Below are positions 13,247 through 26,961 of a stretch of DNA of 64,000 nt, piece after piece. The notes under the pieces were generated by a model. That model saw only the letters and a program-made list of their open reading frames with translations, had not been told where the DNA came from and did not search any database. The position numbers and the translations under genes were made by a program. Every line of letters begins with the position of its first letter. Position 1 is the stretch's first letter. The DNA is from Octopus vulgaris. Taxonomy: Eukaryota. The stretch is from assembly GCA_951406725.2 (NCBI GenBank), contig OX597836.1, positions 48,484,001 through 48,548,000 of the forward strand. The letters are read 5' to 3'.

Positions 13247-15678
13247 CTTTTTTTCATTCTTTATTGGATTTGATTGTCTTTTTTCATTATTGGATTCATT
13301 AAAAATCTTCAAACATTCTTCATATGGATCATTCTCAGAAAGGTCTGTGTCACCAAAAATCACATTTAACTCATCATCGTCCGACAGACCAGTGCTTTCA
13401 TCCCCAGCCGATTGGTTTAACGTATTGCTGCTACCCTCCTCCTCCTCATCACTGTCCTTGCCAAACAGGTCATAAATACTCACTGAATAGCTATTTTTCG
13501 GTTTTTTTAAAGGCAGTTTGCAGTTAGATGAAGATGATGAGAAAATAGATGAGCTTTTAGACTGTCCTTCTATTGGGGCTTTCCTTTTTACAGATTTAGA
13601 GGCCATATCTGAGGTGAAAATTTTCTTTGAAGAATGGTTCTCATCAGATGATGAAGAAAGATGTTTTTCACTACAATGTCTCTTTTTATTTGATTCAAGA
13701 GATTTTTCTCCTGAGAGGACCCTCTTTTTGGACTTTTCTGGGGAGCTACTATGTACACCCTCTGTCTTCACAGATGTTTGACTGACCGATTTTTTGTTGA
13801 TTTCCAAAGTTTTGGATTTCAGTTTTTTCATTTTTTCTTTATCACAAGACTTCTCGACATTAACTTCTTTTTTTGGTTTTATCTTCTCAACACGATTCTT
13901 CTCTGTTGTATTATGGTTTTGTACAATTTTCTTATCCTCTTTCCGTTTCAAATCAGCATCAGTTTTGTGCAATGACGTTTCTTTTCTCCGCTCATGTTCT
14001 GTTTTTCTCATTTCCGACTCACTCTTTCGTTTCACCAATTCCAACTGGTGGCTCTTGCCATCGCTCTTCTTCTCTGACTCACTCTTACGCCTTACATGCT
14101 CCTTCTTCTGATCTGCATTAAACTCATGCTTTGAGGAATCACTTTTATACAAGGGATCACTTTTTCTTCGTTCTGGCTCATTCCCTTTCTTAACAGACAA
14201 TGTTGATGATGATGATGATGATGATGATAATAATGATGATGATGATAGGGAGTTGCTCCGCCGGACCTCCTCACACCGTCCTTCTTTTAATTTCACTTTC
14301 ACATTACCCACCTTCTCCACCTCTCCTTTGTGTCGATCTTTCTCCTTCTCAATCTGTTCCCCACTCTGACAATTCTTGCTATTTAAGCTATGATGGTCTT
14401 TAGGCTTCTTCATCTTCTCACCAACATGCTTCTCCTTCAAATGAACATCTTTCTTCTCTTTCTTACTGCAGCTTGTCTCTTTCAAAGAAGAGCTGCCATT
14501 CGAATCAGAACTGTTGGTTGCTTTCTTTTCAGACGATTTGCTGCCACTCTCCGCCTTCTTTTTCTCTTTGGCAGATTTATCATCAGAACTTTTCTTTTTC
14601 TCCAGCTTACTTTTACTACTACTATTACTACTACTGCTATTACTACTACCACTGCTACTTGACTCTGATTTCTTCTTCTCATCCTTCGATTGGTTGGCAG
14701 AGAGATCGACAGAGCCCTTGCTACTTTTGCTGGTTTTTGAGTGGGAAGAATCTGAACTGGTTTTGTTGGAGTTGATGCTTTTGTGGGAGACAGATGAGGT
14801 GTGTTTCGGGGTTTGGTTGTGAACTGGTTGGTTTGATCGAATGTCGGTGGGGTTAATGCTGTTGCTGCTTTTGTACAATGAGGACTTAACAACTCCTGTT
14901 GTAGTTCTACTTTCAGATTCGTTATCACTGTGTTGTTCGTCTGACAGGTAAATGGTTGTGTCAACCACACCATCTTCACTGTCGTCGCTAAACTTGGCAT
15001 CAATTACAAGCTCGTGATCTTCATCTTCCTCGTCTGAGGCCAACGGACGCACACTGCTCGGTTTGTAAACCTGGTCTTTGCTTGGCGCTTGAACCTTGTT
15101 GTTAGTGGTGGCTATGTAAGGATTGTCCAAATTTAGATATGTCTTATTACCAAAACCAGCTTCGAAATTACTGACAGGATCATACTCAAGAACGGAATGT
15201 GTGTTGGACTGCGAAGAGTACTTCTGCATTCGCTTCAGCTTGCTAATCGGAGTAGGGTTGTACTCAGGAGCGGAGTTCACGGCACCATCGCAACTGTACT
15301 CCTTCACTTTCTCTTTTTTTTTGCTCTGTGCAAACACATCATAAGGAGTTTCCTTTGGCCGTTTATCACAGGTCGGTTGATAGGCAGGGGTGCCATTAAC
15401 ACAATACTTGGCATAATTTTTGTATTTACCATCTGTATTACCATCAGTGGAGCTCTCGTACAACCCCGGGATGCTGGCTTGTGGGTTGTACACATACAAC
15501 TTGCTCAAATCCTTTACAATGGGGTTGCTCTCTGCAAATTGGTTCTTCAAGTTTTTCGACCGTTCCAGTTCATTGGCAACCAGGCTCTTCTTCTGTTTCT
15601 CAATATCAACAACTTTTGGTTCTTCAGCAACATTACAGAAACGCTGACTGCTAACGTTCTTTCCAATCCAAGAAGAAT
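13247..15678 (-). CDS. REXO1: RNA exonuclease 1 homolog, giant internal exon (2432 bp, K/S/E-rich low-complexity region)
   Basis: Acceptor tttactttcag|AT completes G|AT with exon 1; frame open throughout and includes the 774-aa ORF; REXO1-like motifs PEYNPTP, LEYDPVSNF and DPYEECLKIFNES; donor AAG|gtatgt, phase 0. Confidence 0.9.
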
Positions 15679-15906
15679 CTGAAAGTAAATAGATATTTCA
15701 TACATTTAGAAAGCTTAGTCAGTGGTGTGTAAGCGCTTGTGTGCATGTGTATATATCTATGTTTATATATATATATATATATATATGTGTATATATGTTT
15801 GTGTATGTATATGTGAGTATATATTAGAAGAAATGAGGTACTCAGAAATTCGGATGGTTTTATATTTACAGATATTTATTTGTATATTACATGTTTTTAT
15901 ACATCA

Positions 15907-16301
15907 CTAGCAGTATCGCCCGGCGTTGCTCGGGTTGTAAGGGAAATAACTATATAAGCATTTTTAGAGAGTTATAGCCAAAAAATAGCAAAAAAAAATG
16001 CATTAAAAATTGAAAAAAAATTAAGGTAAATTTTTTTAAATCGTTGACACATCGTAGATATTTTTAGAGAGTTACTTCCCTTATATAAAAGCGAAAAAAA
16101 TGCATTAAAATGGAAAAATATGATGGTAAATTTTTTTTAAATCGTAGACTCATCGTAGACGCGCGCTAATACCCAGAAGGGCTCGATATGAATCACGACT
16201 ATAAGATACCCGCTTTTGGTTAAACTGCACCGCAAAATGTGGGAGTAATTACAAATGTAAATCGAAGGGGACAGACACACAACTTCACTCTTATATAAAG
16301 A
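15907..16301 (-). mobile_element. Non-autonomous Helitron
   Basis: Minus strand begins A|TCTTTATATAAG and ends with hairpin CCCGAGCAACGCCGGG, short spacer and CTAG|T; internal ~120-bp tandem duplication (gagagtta...aaaaatgcattaaaa). Confidence 0.75.
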
Positions 16302-16639
16302 TGCTTTTTTTTTTCAGTCATAGAGTTAGATTTATGAAGGTCTTCAGTAGAAAATCCTTTGAATTCTGACTCGCTGCTTGATATAATGAAATTCGTATCC
16401 ATTTTTTGTCAGAATTACAAATTTTGAAAACACAATAGGAACAAATTTCGGAAAAAAATCTCCCATAATTCACGGAATTAAAATTACACTTCGATTTTTG
16501 TACAAAACTATTTGAAGTGTTTACGAAGTATAATACGTGTTTTCACGAATGTACTAAAGAGATTTACTCTGATATTCTCATTTAAATATGAATAGGTAAA
16601 TTCGGGCGGTTTGGTAACGAAAGGGTTTATATAAGTGTC

Positions 16640-17078
16640 GTCTGTTTATACATAAACACTGTTTCATAGTTTCAGTTTAGTCTTCCTCAAATCACTGTCG
16701 CTAATTTACTCTCTTCCAAGAACATTTTCACTCACTGTTATCTGTTAGCTTCCCATACATTTTACTCATGTATCTATCAGCGTGATAGACAGAAACAAAT
16801 ATTACATTTACTTTCATTTTATTCGTTGCCCACTGTGTGTGTGCGTTTGCGTGTGGTGTAAACCAGACTAAGAAAAGCATTTGACACACACACCAGAATG
16901 TGAGTTTTCTGTAAATTTTGCTTAATTGGAGTTTAAATTTTAAAAACTGGACCTGGCATGACGCGATGCATTGTACTCTTAAAACTGCTAGGTAAAGTGT
17001 AATTGAAGAAATCCTATATTGTAGATTTGTATAACTCCCAAAGGGAGGCAGATAAAATCTGCCTTTTATAATAAGAGA
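16640..17078 (-). mobile_element. Helitron-like 5' portion
   Basis: Minus strand starts TCTCTTATTATAAAAGGCAGATTTTATCTGCC, a Helitron-type 5' terminus with hairpin; 3' end not identified. Confidence 0.4.
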
Positions 17079-17129
17079 TATATCATATAATCAGCGCTTT
17101 CGTCCATTCTAGTGGAGTTGTCAAATTGA

Positions 17130-17171
<42 letters not shown>

Positions 17172-17594
17172 AAGATGGAATGAACAGGATTTAAGTACAA
17201 ATCACAACAATTGTTTCTGTGCAATAGTAACATCTGTTACTGGCCGAGTGTTATCAAAGCCACTCACCTGATGATGTGCTAGAACACAGCTGCAGCTGAA
17301 TCATATATATTTAAGTAATTATTTAGAAAATACTTTATGTAACAGAATGATATGGAAAACTCAACAACAGCTGTTATCATTGCACAGAAACAATTGCGAT
17401 TTGTGATTAAAGCCTGTGCATCCCATCTTCTTATCTTAGAAGTTCTAATAGAAATTCTGAAAACATGTGTAGCCAGTTAAAAGGAGTGCTCCTGCTGCAT
17501 GATGGCATGGGGTGGCCAATAACCATGAAGGAACTTGGAAATGCTTGTCATGAGCTTATTAATTAGATGATGATATGCATATACATACGTATAT

Positions 17595-17945
17595 TCTTTT
17601 ACTTGAGTCAGTCATTTGACTGCAGTGGCCATGCTGGAGCACCACATTTAGTTGAACAAACCGACCCCAGGATTTATTCTAGTAAGCTTAATACATTTTC
17701 TATCGGTCTCTTTTGCTGAACCGCTAATTTACTAGGATGTAAACACACCAACATTGGTTGTCAAGCAATGGTGGGGGGGACAAACAGAAACATACACACA
17801 ATGGGCTTCTTTCAGTTTCCGTCTACTAAATCCACTCACAAGGCTTTGGTTAGCCCAAGGCTATAGTAGAAGACATTTGCCCAAGGTGCCACACAGTGGG
17901 ACTGAACCCAGAACTATGTGGTTGGGAAGCAAGCTTCTTACCACA
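17595..17945 (-). mobile_element. tRNA-derived SINE (same family as 32542)
   Basis: Reverse-complement match to head, body and tail. Confidence 0.8.
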
Positions 17946-20035
17946 CACACATATGGTTTTAAATATATAATCCTGTTTATTTCACATACAAATAAATATA
18001 CATATAGGACGTATGGGGATGCACTATTAACAATACAGGAGTTTCATAATTTTAACATCCATTTTTCCATACATGAATGAGATGGAATTTGTTTGGGCAG
18101 ATTTTTTTACACTTGGCTGCCCCTACCTGTCTCCAATCCACATTTGTTTTCTAAGGAATGTAATATTTCCCCATGGCTCAATATTTCTGTAGAAAATTAG
18201 AAATGAAGGACACTGCTTGTATGATGGTGAAACTCGTTTACAGCTATCACATGGTGTCAAGACTAGAAAACACGAACACACACACATCATCGTTTAATGT
18301 CCGCTTTACATGCTGGCATAGGTTTGACGGTTTGACTGGGGACTGACAAGCCAGTAGGCTGCACCAGGCTCTAATCTGATCTGGCAATGTTTCTACAGCT
18401 GGATGCCCTTCCTAACACCAACCACTCTGAGTGTAGTGGTTACTTATATATATATATATGAGACAAGCCTCTTTTAGTTTTTTAGTTTCTGTCTACCAAA
18501 TTCACTGACAAGGCTTTGGGCAGCCAAAACATCAGCAGGAGAGACTTGCTCTCAAGATGTCATGCAGTGAGACTGAACATGGAAGTATGTGGTTGGGAGG
18601 TGTGGCTTTTGGGTAGCTGAAAACTAGACCCTTTACACACACACACAAACATATATCTTCTATTTTCGACCCTAGTCCTGGGCTGATGAATTACTTGTGG
18701 ATGAATTTGGTTGAAGGAAACTGTAGAAAGACATGCAAGCAGTGTGAATCGTTTGCAATCTTCCATGAAAATATGTCTGGGCATTCAGCTGTTTGTTGTT
18801 CAAAGGACAACGGTTGCTTGGAAACAAGGATTGGCAACAGGAGTGCCTGGTTGTTGAGAAACCTACCTTAAAACATTTTCATCGAACCCTTGCAAACATG
18901 GGAAAGTGAAAATTCAGTGATGATTTTATATTTGATACACACACACACACACACACACGTGTGCACGTCTCTGTCTCACTCCCTGTCATATATACTCGTG
19001 CATGCAGGCGTATAAATGTATCTGTTCTATGTTTTTATTTCAAAAGCAAATATTTTTAAATTCCCACCCCTCCCAAAAGAAAATGGCCCACAACGATCAT
19101 GTGACCAGAGAGGATCCTCCTTCTGCAAATGTCAGATGTGTTTATGGAATAATGATATTAATCATATGACCTTAACAATGGCAAAGTTTGTTTGTGTTTG
19201 TGTGTGTCACATGACTGAAAAGGGAGGAACACAGCAGTGGTGGTTGGTTCACAGTCAGCCGGCAAAGTGTGGGAGGGGGGAGATGTTTATCACATGACTT
19301 GAGGACTGAGTGTTGTGCGCACATTGTTTTAAAAATAGTTATGACGTGTCGGTCACATGATCTAACTAACATCACACAATGACGGATGTGATATTTACAT
19401 GACCTAGAAATATGGCAGAGAAGTGTGAAGGGGATGATATACATATTTGGTCATGTGACACAAGGAGACTGTCTCAGAGTGTCAGGCATCTGCTGAATCA
19501 TGATGGGGAAGTCTGAACAGAGGTTAGTTTTCCTTTAAATTCATCATCATCATCATCAGTTTTAACATCCACTTTTCCTTGCTTGCAGGGGTCAGATGGA
19601 ATCTGACGTGGGAGATCTTTCTACATCCGGATGTCTTTTCTGCTGCCAATCCACACCTGTTTCCACGTAATCGTTCTCCCATGACCGGACACGTCTCAGA
19701 AGATTGAAAAGGACAGAGCTTGCATAACGGTGGCACGTGCTTACATCTATTACGCAGAGTGAAAGTAGGGAGACAGTAACACACAATCATGGGCTTCTTT
19801 CAAATCTGCTCACAAGACTTTCGTCAGCCTGGGGCTATAATAGAAGACACTTGCACAAAGTGCCATGCAATAGGACTGAACCTGAAACCATGGATTTGCT
19901 AAGCAAGCTTCTTACCAAACAGCCATGTGTGTGCCTTAATTAAATTACAACTTAGGGGCAGACATGGCTGTGTCTGTTTTCTTCTGAATCATGTGGCCTT
20001 GGGTTCAGTCCCTCTAACAAGACCCATTGTAAATA

Positions 20036-20078
<43 letters not shown>

Positions 20079-22227
20079 TTTATTAATAAAGCTGCAAAGA
20101 CATCACAGAAACTGTTACTCAGAGTTTCAATGACACAACCTGTACTCCAGGTCTGTTTTGGCATATTAACGTCATAAATGACCCTCCCAAGGTACAGCAA
20201 AATCTGTTTCAACATGTGATTCAGGAAGCTTGCAAACCAAATGCAAAGAGGAATATTTCTTAAATTACACCCTTATAAAAAAAAACAACAACAAAATAAC
20301 CCCTCTTGAATAAAGTAGTCTGAAAATAATTGAAACAAAAAGACAAGGTGGTCATTCCTAGAGTGCTTTTTATTGCATTTCTGCTATATCAGAACTGACC
20401 AATGCCAAAATAGAACAGGTACGACATCAACTTGCAGGTCTCTGATGGTCTGGAACAGCTTATAAGCCATGCTAATATATAAGCAGCAACTTCAAATTCC
20501 TTTGGCTGCCAGACTAGTTTACTGCTATTTCGCATGGTACAGTTTTATTAAACTTGTATCATTAATAGTGTACAGGTATCTTTATTTTGTTTAATTATCA
20601 AAGTAGACTAAATATTTGTGTAATTTAGGGTATGTTAACCAAAGTGACTCCCTGGTTTGCAAAAACCAGTGATCTACAAAAGCTTTGGAACCAAAAATCC
20701 AGAGCACGTTAGATTGGTGATTCTCTCAATCAGATTAAAATCGATTTGGTACTTGTTCGATTGACTTCAGGAGTATGAAAGGCAAAACTGACCTGAATAT
20801 AATTTGAGAGTCAGAACCTAAAAGGGTTATCAATCACCACAAGGCACTTTTGTCTGGTTCTCTATCGATCTATGTATCCATCTAATACACATATATAAAT
20901 GGGGATGATTAATACGTGTCTGTACACACACACAGACATTTAATTTTGGAATGATAGGTGTGTGTAGGTATTTATTATATATGTATGATTGCTTTTTTTT
21001 TTCTTCCACGTCAGTCACCAATTAGCTGGGATGTTTTTTTTTTAATGGAGTTTCAGTGGTTATATTGTTCTCAATCTTTTGTATCCAACTGATGCACGAG
21101 TGCCTTGTAAAGCACCCAGCTGTTGTTCTTTTGAGATATTTTCCCAGGCAGATGCCTGTCTCCCATAACTGTTCTTTATGACGAGTCATTCATAAATGCC
21201 TCCAAGCCAACTTTGTTAATGCTCTACTTCTAAGAATCTAAATGAGGTTGTTGTCGATCTACAGGTCAGCCCTGATTGAGCAGACATATAACTGAAGGCA
21301 TTCCAGCCATGACCATCCTATCTTTTTCCCATATGCAGGAAATCAAGGAGCATGTTATACATCTAAAAGTGGAAAAAGTGTTACTGAAATTCATGGAAAC
21401 ACATGGACACTGGATGGTATTACACAATACCCAGCATAGAGGTGGGTGGAGTGAAGAAGATCATTTCACAACCACATGGTGGTGGTGAGTTTGATGCCAG
21501 CTGGAATAGGCATCTTCTACCATACTCTGAGGTCAGCCAAAAACTTGGGCATGGAATTTGACAGAGGAACCTGCACAGAGGTGTATCAAATAAACCTCAT
21601 CATTGTCATCACCATTTAATGTCCACTTTGATATGGGTCAGACAGAATTTGTGGAAGCAGATTTCCTATGGCTGGATGTCTTTCTTGTCACCAACTCACA
21701 CCTGTTTCTAAGCAATTTAATCTTTCCCATGGCCAGGCCTGTCTCTGATGGAAGACCAAAAATAAACAACATTGTTTGGCAACAACCCTCACATGACATG
21801 CAAATACACACATATGATGGGTTTCTTTCAGTTTCCATCAACCAGATTTACTCACAAGACTTTGGCTGATCTCCACCCTCAGGTGTGCCACGTAGTGTGA
21901 TTTAACCCAAGAGCAAACATCTTAATGCTGCTTGATCAATTACTCCTCTACTAATTGATCTCCAGACAAAAACAAAGCATTACTATCATTTATACTTTGT
22001 AATTGTCCAACACAACTTTTTTTTCACATCAGTCTTGATTACATGTAAATCAGTGACGATTTTCTAATTACCACCCCCACTCCCCAACAATATAAATAAC
22101 ATTTTAAATGAATTATGTAATTATATAAATAATGATGTTTTATGCCATTGAAACAGCTGTTGATTATAAGTAAATAATGAACTTTATGTGAAATTTAAGC
22201 TTTGCTCTTTTCATTTTAAACGATTCA

Positions 22228-22556
22228 AGCAAGGTCATTGCCAGTACCACCTGACTGGCCCCCATGCCGTGGCACATAAAAGGGCACCATTCGAGTGTGA
22301 TTGTTACCAACGTCGCCTTACTGGCACCTGTGCCGGTGGCATGTGTAAAAAGATTCGAGCGAGGTCATTGCCAGTACTGCCTGATTGGCCCCCATGCTGG
22401 TGGCACGTAAAAAGCACCCACTACACTCTCGGAGTGGTTGGTATTAGGAAGGGCATCCAGCTGTAGAAACTCTGCCAGATCAAATTGGAGCCTGGTGCAG
22501 CCATCTGGTTCGCCAGCCCTCAGCATGGAAAGCGAACGTTAAATGATGATGATGAT
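22228..22556 (+). mobile_element. RTE-tail short element
   Basis: Repeated ggtggcacgtaaaaagcacc units plus RTE tail and (GAT)n; similar copies at 3193-3380 and 29370-29540. Confidence 0.75.
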
Positions 22557-23604
22557 ATGCTGCTCTCAACAATTGTTTGAGCCAATTCCTTATAAACATG
22601 CAAGTTGGTTCCACCAGGATTTACCGTATTGTAATTATATATCACAGTTTAATAACATCTTGTCAACTGAGCTCTTAATTACTGTGGTTAAATATGTTTG
22701 ATGTTTATTCATTAATTCTATATAGAAGACAAACTTAGCAAACTATTTCTTAACAAACCCAATCACTCAACCATTGAGAAAGAGTGTCCTCGGATATAGT
22801 TTTATCAGTTGGGTTAACTGGAGCAAACACACTTCCCTGCATAGCACAAAGGCTCAACACAATGGCAGTGTTATGGTTAGGTTACAAGCATTACTAATAC
22901 AAATTCACACTCACAGAGCCTCTCAATGGTTTATTCAGCCTTCATGTCTGTAAATTTGAATAACTTTGCATGACACACAGAAACAAGAATACTAATGATT
23001 CAAGAGAGAGAACAGAGCCAGAGAGAGAACAATGTTCTTTTCATGTCAATGTTTGTGGCATGGCATGAGAAAATAGTTTTGAAGAATGGACAAGGAAGGA
23101 CAGAGATAAGGAAAGAGTAATGCAGAAAGCAAGTAACCACACAATAAGATAGGAAGTCAGTAACCATAGTAACAAAGGGAAGTGTAAGGGGCGAAAAACG
23201 GAAAAGAGTTTAAGATAAAGACAATTGTAATCAGGCTAAAAGGTTGCAACAGATTAAGGGAGTTTTGTAAATTGGTTTTTACATCCATTTCTCCATGCTA
23301 GCATGGGTTATATGAATACATTAGTGAAACATTGTTTTATAGCTAGATGTCCTTCCTGTCACTAACCTTACCATCACTTTTTCAAGTAAAGGATTTCCTA
23401 TTTTACACAATTTTGAAGGTACAAAGCTAGAGGACAATTTGTTGACAAAAATGACAACAGCATCACTGCTCACAATTTTCAGAGATGAACAAAAACAGAC
23501 AGACAGACACACAGTAGATGCACAAGTACCATAAACATAAAAAATGTACAGAAAATAGACTCCATCAACTGCCATGGGGGTAAGCTAGAGGCAGTAGATA
23601 GCTT

Positions 23605-23838
23605 CTTATTTCTTTATTGCCCACAAGGGGCTAAACATAGAGGGGACAAACAAAGACAGACAAAGGGATTAAGTTGATTACATCGATCCCAGTGCATAAC
23701 TAGTACTTAATTTATTGACCCTGAAAGGATGAAAGGCAAAGTCGACCTTGGCAGAATTTGAACTCAGAACGTAACAGTAGATGAAATACCGCTAAGCATT
23801 TCGCCCAACATGCTAACGTTTCTGCCAGCTCACTGCCT
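23605..23838 (-). mobile_element. Nin/Deu-domain-like tRNA SINE
   Basis: Same family core; directly abuts the 5' truncation point of the RTE copy. Confidence 0.8.
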
Positions 23839-24945
23839 TTAGATAGTTTCTGTTACCTAGGTGATCAAGTTAGTAGTGGAGGTGGATGCTCTGAGAGTAT
23901 AGCTGCGAGAATAAAATTAGGCTGGGCAAAGTTTAGAGAGCTCCTGCCTCTGTTAGCAACAAAGGGCCTCTCTCTTAGAGTGAAAGGCAGATTGCATGAT
24001 GCCTGTGTGCAAACAGCTATGCTACACAGCAGTGAAACATGGGCTGTGACAGCCAAGGACACGTTTAGGCTTGAAAGAAATGAATCTAGTATGCTCCATT
24101 GGGTGTGCAATGTCAGTGTGCATGTTCGACAGAGTCTAAGTATCTTGAGAGAAAAGTTGGGCATAAGAGGCATCAGATATGGTGCGCAAGAGAGATGACT
24201 GTGCTGGTATGGGCATGTGATGCGTAGGGATAAGGACAGCTGTGTGAAGAAGTGCCGATCTCTAATTGTGGAGAGAACCTGTGGTAGAGGTAGACCCAGG
24301 AAGACATGGGATGAAGTGGTGAAGCATGATCTTTGAAGGAATGACGAGTGACCAAGACCTTTGGCGATATGCTGTGCTTGAGAAGACCCATCAAGCCAAG
24401 TGAAATTGCAGTCGTGGCTGATGCTGGTGTCATGTAAAAAGCACCCTTCGAGCGTGGAGTTTCAAGGAGGCAAAGTGGTTGAGCTCCTTTTGAATACTGG
24501 GCCTCACGGAGGCAATGACCAAGACCTTTGACGTTATGCTGTGCTTGAGAAGAAAACCCATCAAGCCAAGTAAAATTGCAGTTGTTGCAGATACTAGTGT
24601 CATGCAAATGGCACGTGTGCCAGTAAAAGCACCTTTTGAGTGTTGGGCCACACAGAGGCAAGGACCGAGTCCATTTGGCATTATGCAGTGCTTGAGAAGA
24701 AGATCCATCAAGCCAAGTAAAACCACAGTCATGGCAGATACTAGTGTCATGCAAGTGGCACCTGTGCTGGTGGCAAGTAAAAGCACCCATTACCCTCTTG
24801 GAATGGTTGGCGTTAGGAAGGACATCCAGCTGTAGGAACCTTGCCAAAACAGACTAGAGTCTGGTGCAGGCATCCAGCTTGCCAGCCCTGGTCAAAATGT
24901 CCAACCCATGCCAGCATGGACAACAGACATTAAATGATGATGATG
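23838..24945 (+). mobile_element. RTE-clade LINE, 5'-truncated 3' end
   Basis: [46 protein letters not shown]; 3' UTR with ~140-bp tandem units; (GAT)n tail. Confidence 0.85.
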
Positions 24946-25013
24946 CATACATGTATATATGTATTTTTGTTAATTAAATTTCACTTTTATTCTCGTTTTT
25001 ATAAATGAATGAA

Positions 25014-25045
<32 letters not shown>

Positions 25046-25384
25046 CACACACACACAAATTTTATAATGCTCCCACTTTTGCTTATATCCAGAGGTGTAA
25101 AGTAATGTATTATAAAACACCCATGTTTGAAACAGAATTGAAGAAATTTTTATAAACACACAACCAACAAACTTATTCCCATAAAAGAAAAAACAAGGTT
25201 AAAATCAATCCCTAAATACTTGCTTATAGAAAGAAATACAGACCCACAACCTTTGCACCTACCCAAATCCTTTTGCGAACATCAAAGCACAAGAGAAACA
25301 ATTTTCTACACTAACAACATCATGATACTTTCTTACCAATAAAAACAGGAAATACTCTAAATAAGAGACTGACCAGCTAAAACA

Positions 25385-25618
25385 TACCTATTTCTTTATT
25401 ACCCACAAGGGGCTAAACACAGAGGGGACAAACAAGGACAGACATAGGTATTAAGTCGATTACATCGACCCCAGTGCATAACTGGTACTTAATTTATCGA
25501 TCCTGAAAGGATGAAAGGCAAAGTCAACCTCGGCGGAATTTGAACTCACAACGTAACGCAGATGAAATACCGCTAAGCATTTCGCCCGGCGTGCTAACGT
25601 TTCTGCCAGCTCACCACC
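25385..25618 (-). mobile_element. Nin/Deu-domain-like tRNA SINE
   Basis: Near-consensus copy of the same family. Confidence 0.8.
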
Positions 25619-26716
25619 TACTTACATTGTTTTGTGAACCCTAAAAAAAATTCTATTGCAAAAACGTTGACACACCCAAAATTTCTAAGAGCTTAACTGC
25701 TATGGTCTATATTTGGAACTTAGTGGTGACGCACATATTTTGAATGTTTATTGCTCAGTGAAATATTACAGTATTTCATAACTAAACTTTAATATTTAGC
25801 ACACCTGTTATTTAAATATCCTCAAAACTATGTCATAGATACAGGATATGGCAGTTGTATGAAGTTTGCAATGAGGTGGTATGAGTAGGGTATGTAGCAG
25901 TTCAGATGTTAAATACTGGACCTTGGATTTTTGTATAAGAATAACAATTCAGGTAAGACTTACCTGAATTGTGATTCTCATCCATCCCTAGAACATCCTA
26001 GATTATCCATAAAAGTCATTTAGTCTCAGTACAAATAATCTCTTCCCCATTGGGGATAGAATGGTAACTATTTGACTGAGTAGATTTTAAAAAAATAAAT
26101 AAAATAAAAGAAAGCTAATAAGTCAGGAGTTCAAATCCACGGGGAGTATTTCGTTGGGTTTTGTTTCTCAACAAAACTTTATTCTACATTGTCTCAGTTC
26201 ACCAAGTTTTAAAGGAAGAAGTACCAAATCATCAGGTAACACTACTTGCACTGGACGAGTGGGGTTTTTTTTGGTCTGTAATGTCTGCATATGAACATAT
26301 GGTAATGTGTGTGTGTTAAAGAGATATATCGCTTTCGTTAGCTCAATACTATGAAAGTGAACCTTCAATCTGGTAATTGAAGAACCTCTCAAAGCTCAAA
26401 TTGGAGTCAATAGCACCCATGTAAACATGGATAGTGAAGCAGGGTCAGATGCATTTAATCGAAGATATGGAGAAGGGGAAGATGAGATGAAAGACATTAT
26501 CACAAAAGAGAAAACTTGGAAGTATTACTCCAAGGTTTGTTTGCAGCAGCGGTGCTGCTGCTGATGATGACACCACTGTTGTCATCAGCAGCAGCAGCAG
26601 TAAGAGGAGTAACATTGGAGTGGAAGAGAAGGTAAAACAAAACCAAACAGATGCTGCCACTCAACAGCAGAGGGAGAAATATTGTGAATGAAAAACAGAA
26701 GAGATAAAAGTGTGAG

Positions 26717-26766
<50 letters not shown>

Positions 26767-26843
26767 TTTTTTACTTTTATTTTTATCTAGTTTCAGCTCA
26801 CAAGCTGTGGCCATGCTGGGGCACCGCCATTTAACAATGTGCT

Positions 26844-26961
26844 ATGCTTACTGCACCTAGGTTTCCCAAGCGGTCACCCATCTAAGGACTGACTAGGCTC
26901 GACGTTGCTTAACTACAGTGATCAGACGAGAACCGATGCTTTCAACGTGATATGACCGTAA

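Noticed and set aside
13230-15682. Plus-strand ORFs overlapping the giant exon
   Set aside because: Antisense shadows of a biased-composition coding exon.
26427-26564. Short plus-strand ORF MDSEAGSDAFNRRYGEGEDEMKDII... with possible donor
   Set aside because: Under 50 codons, no partner exons or recognisable homology.
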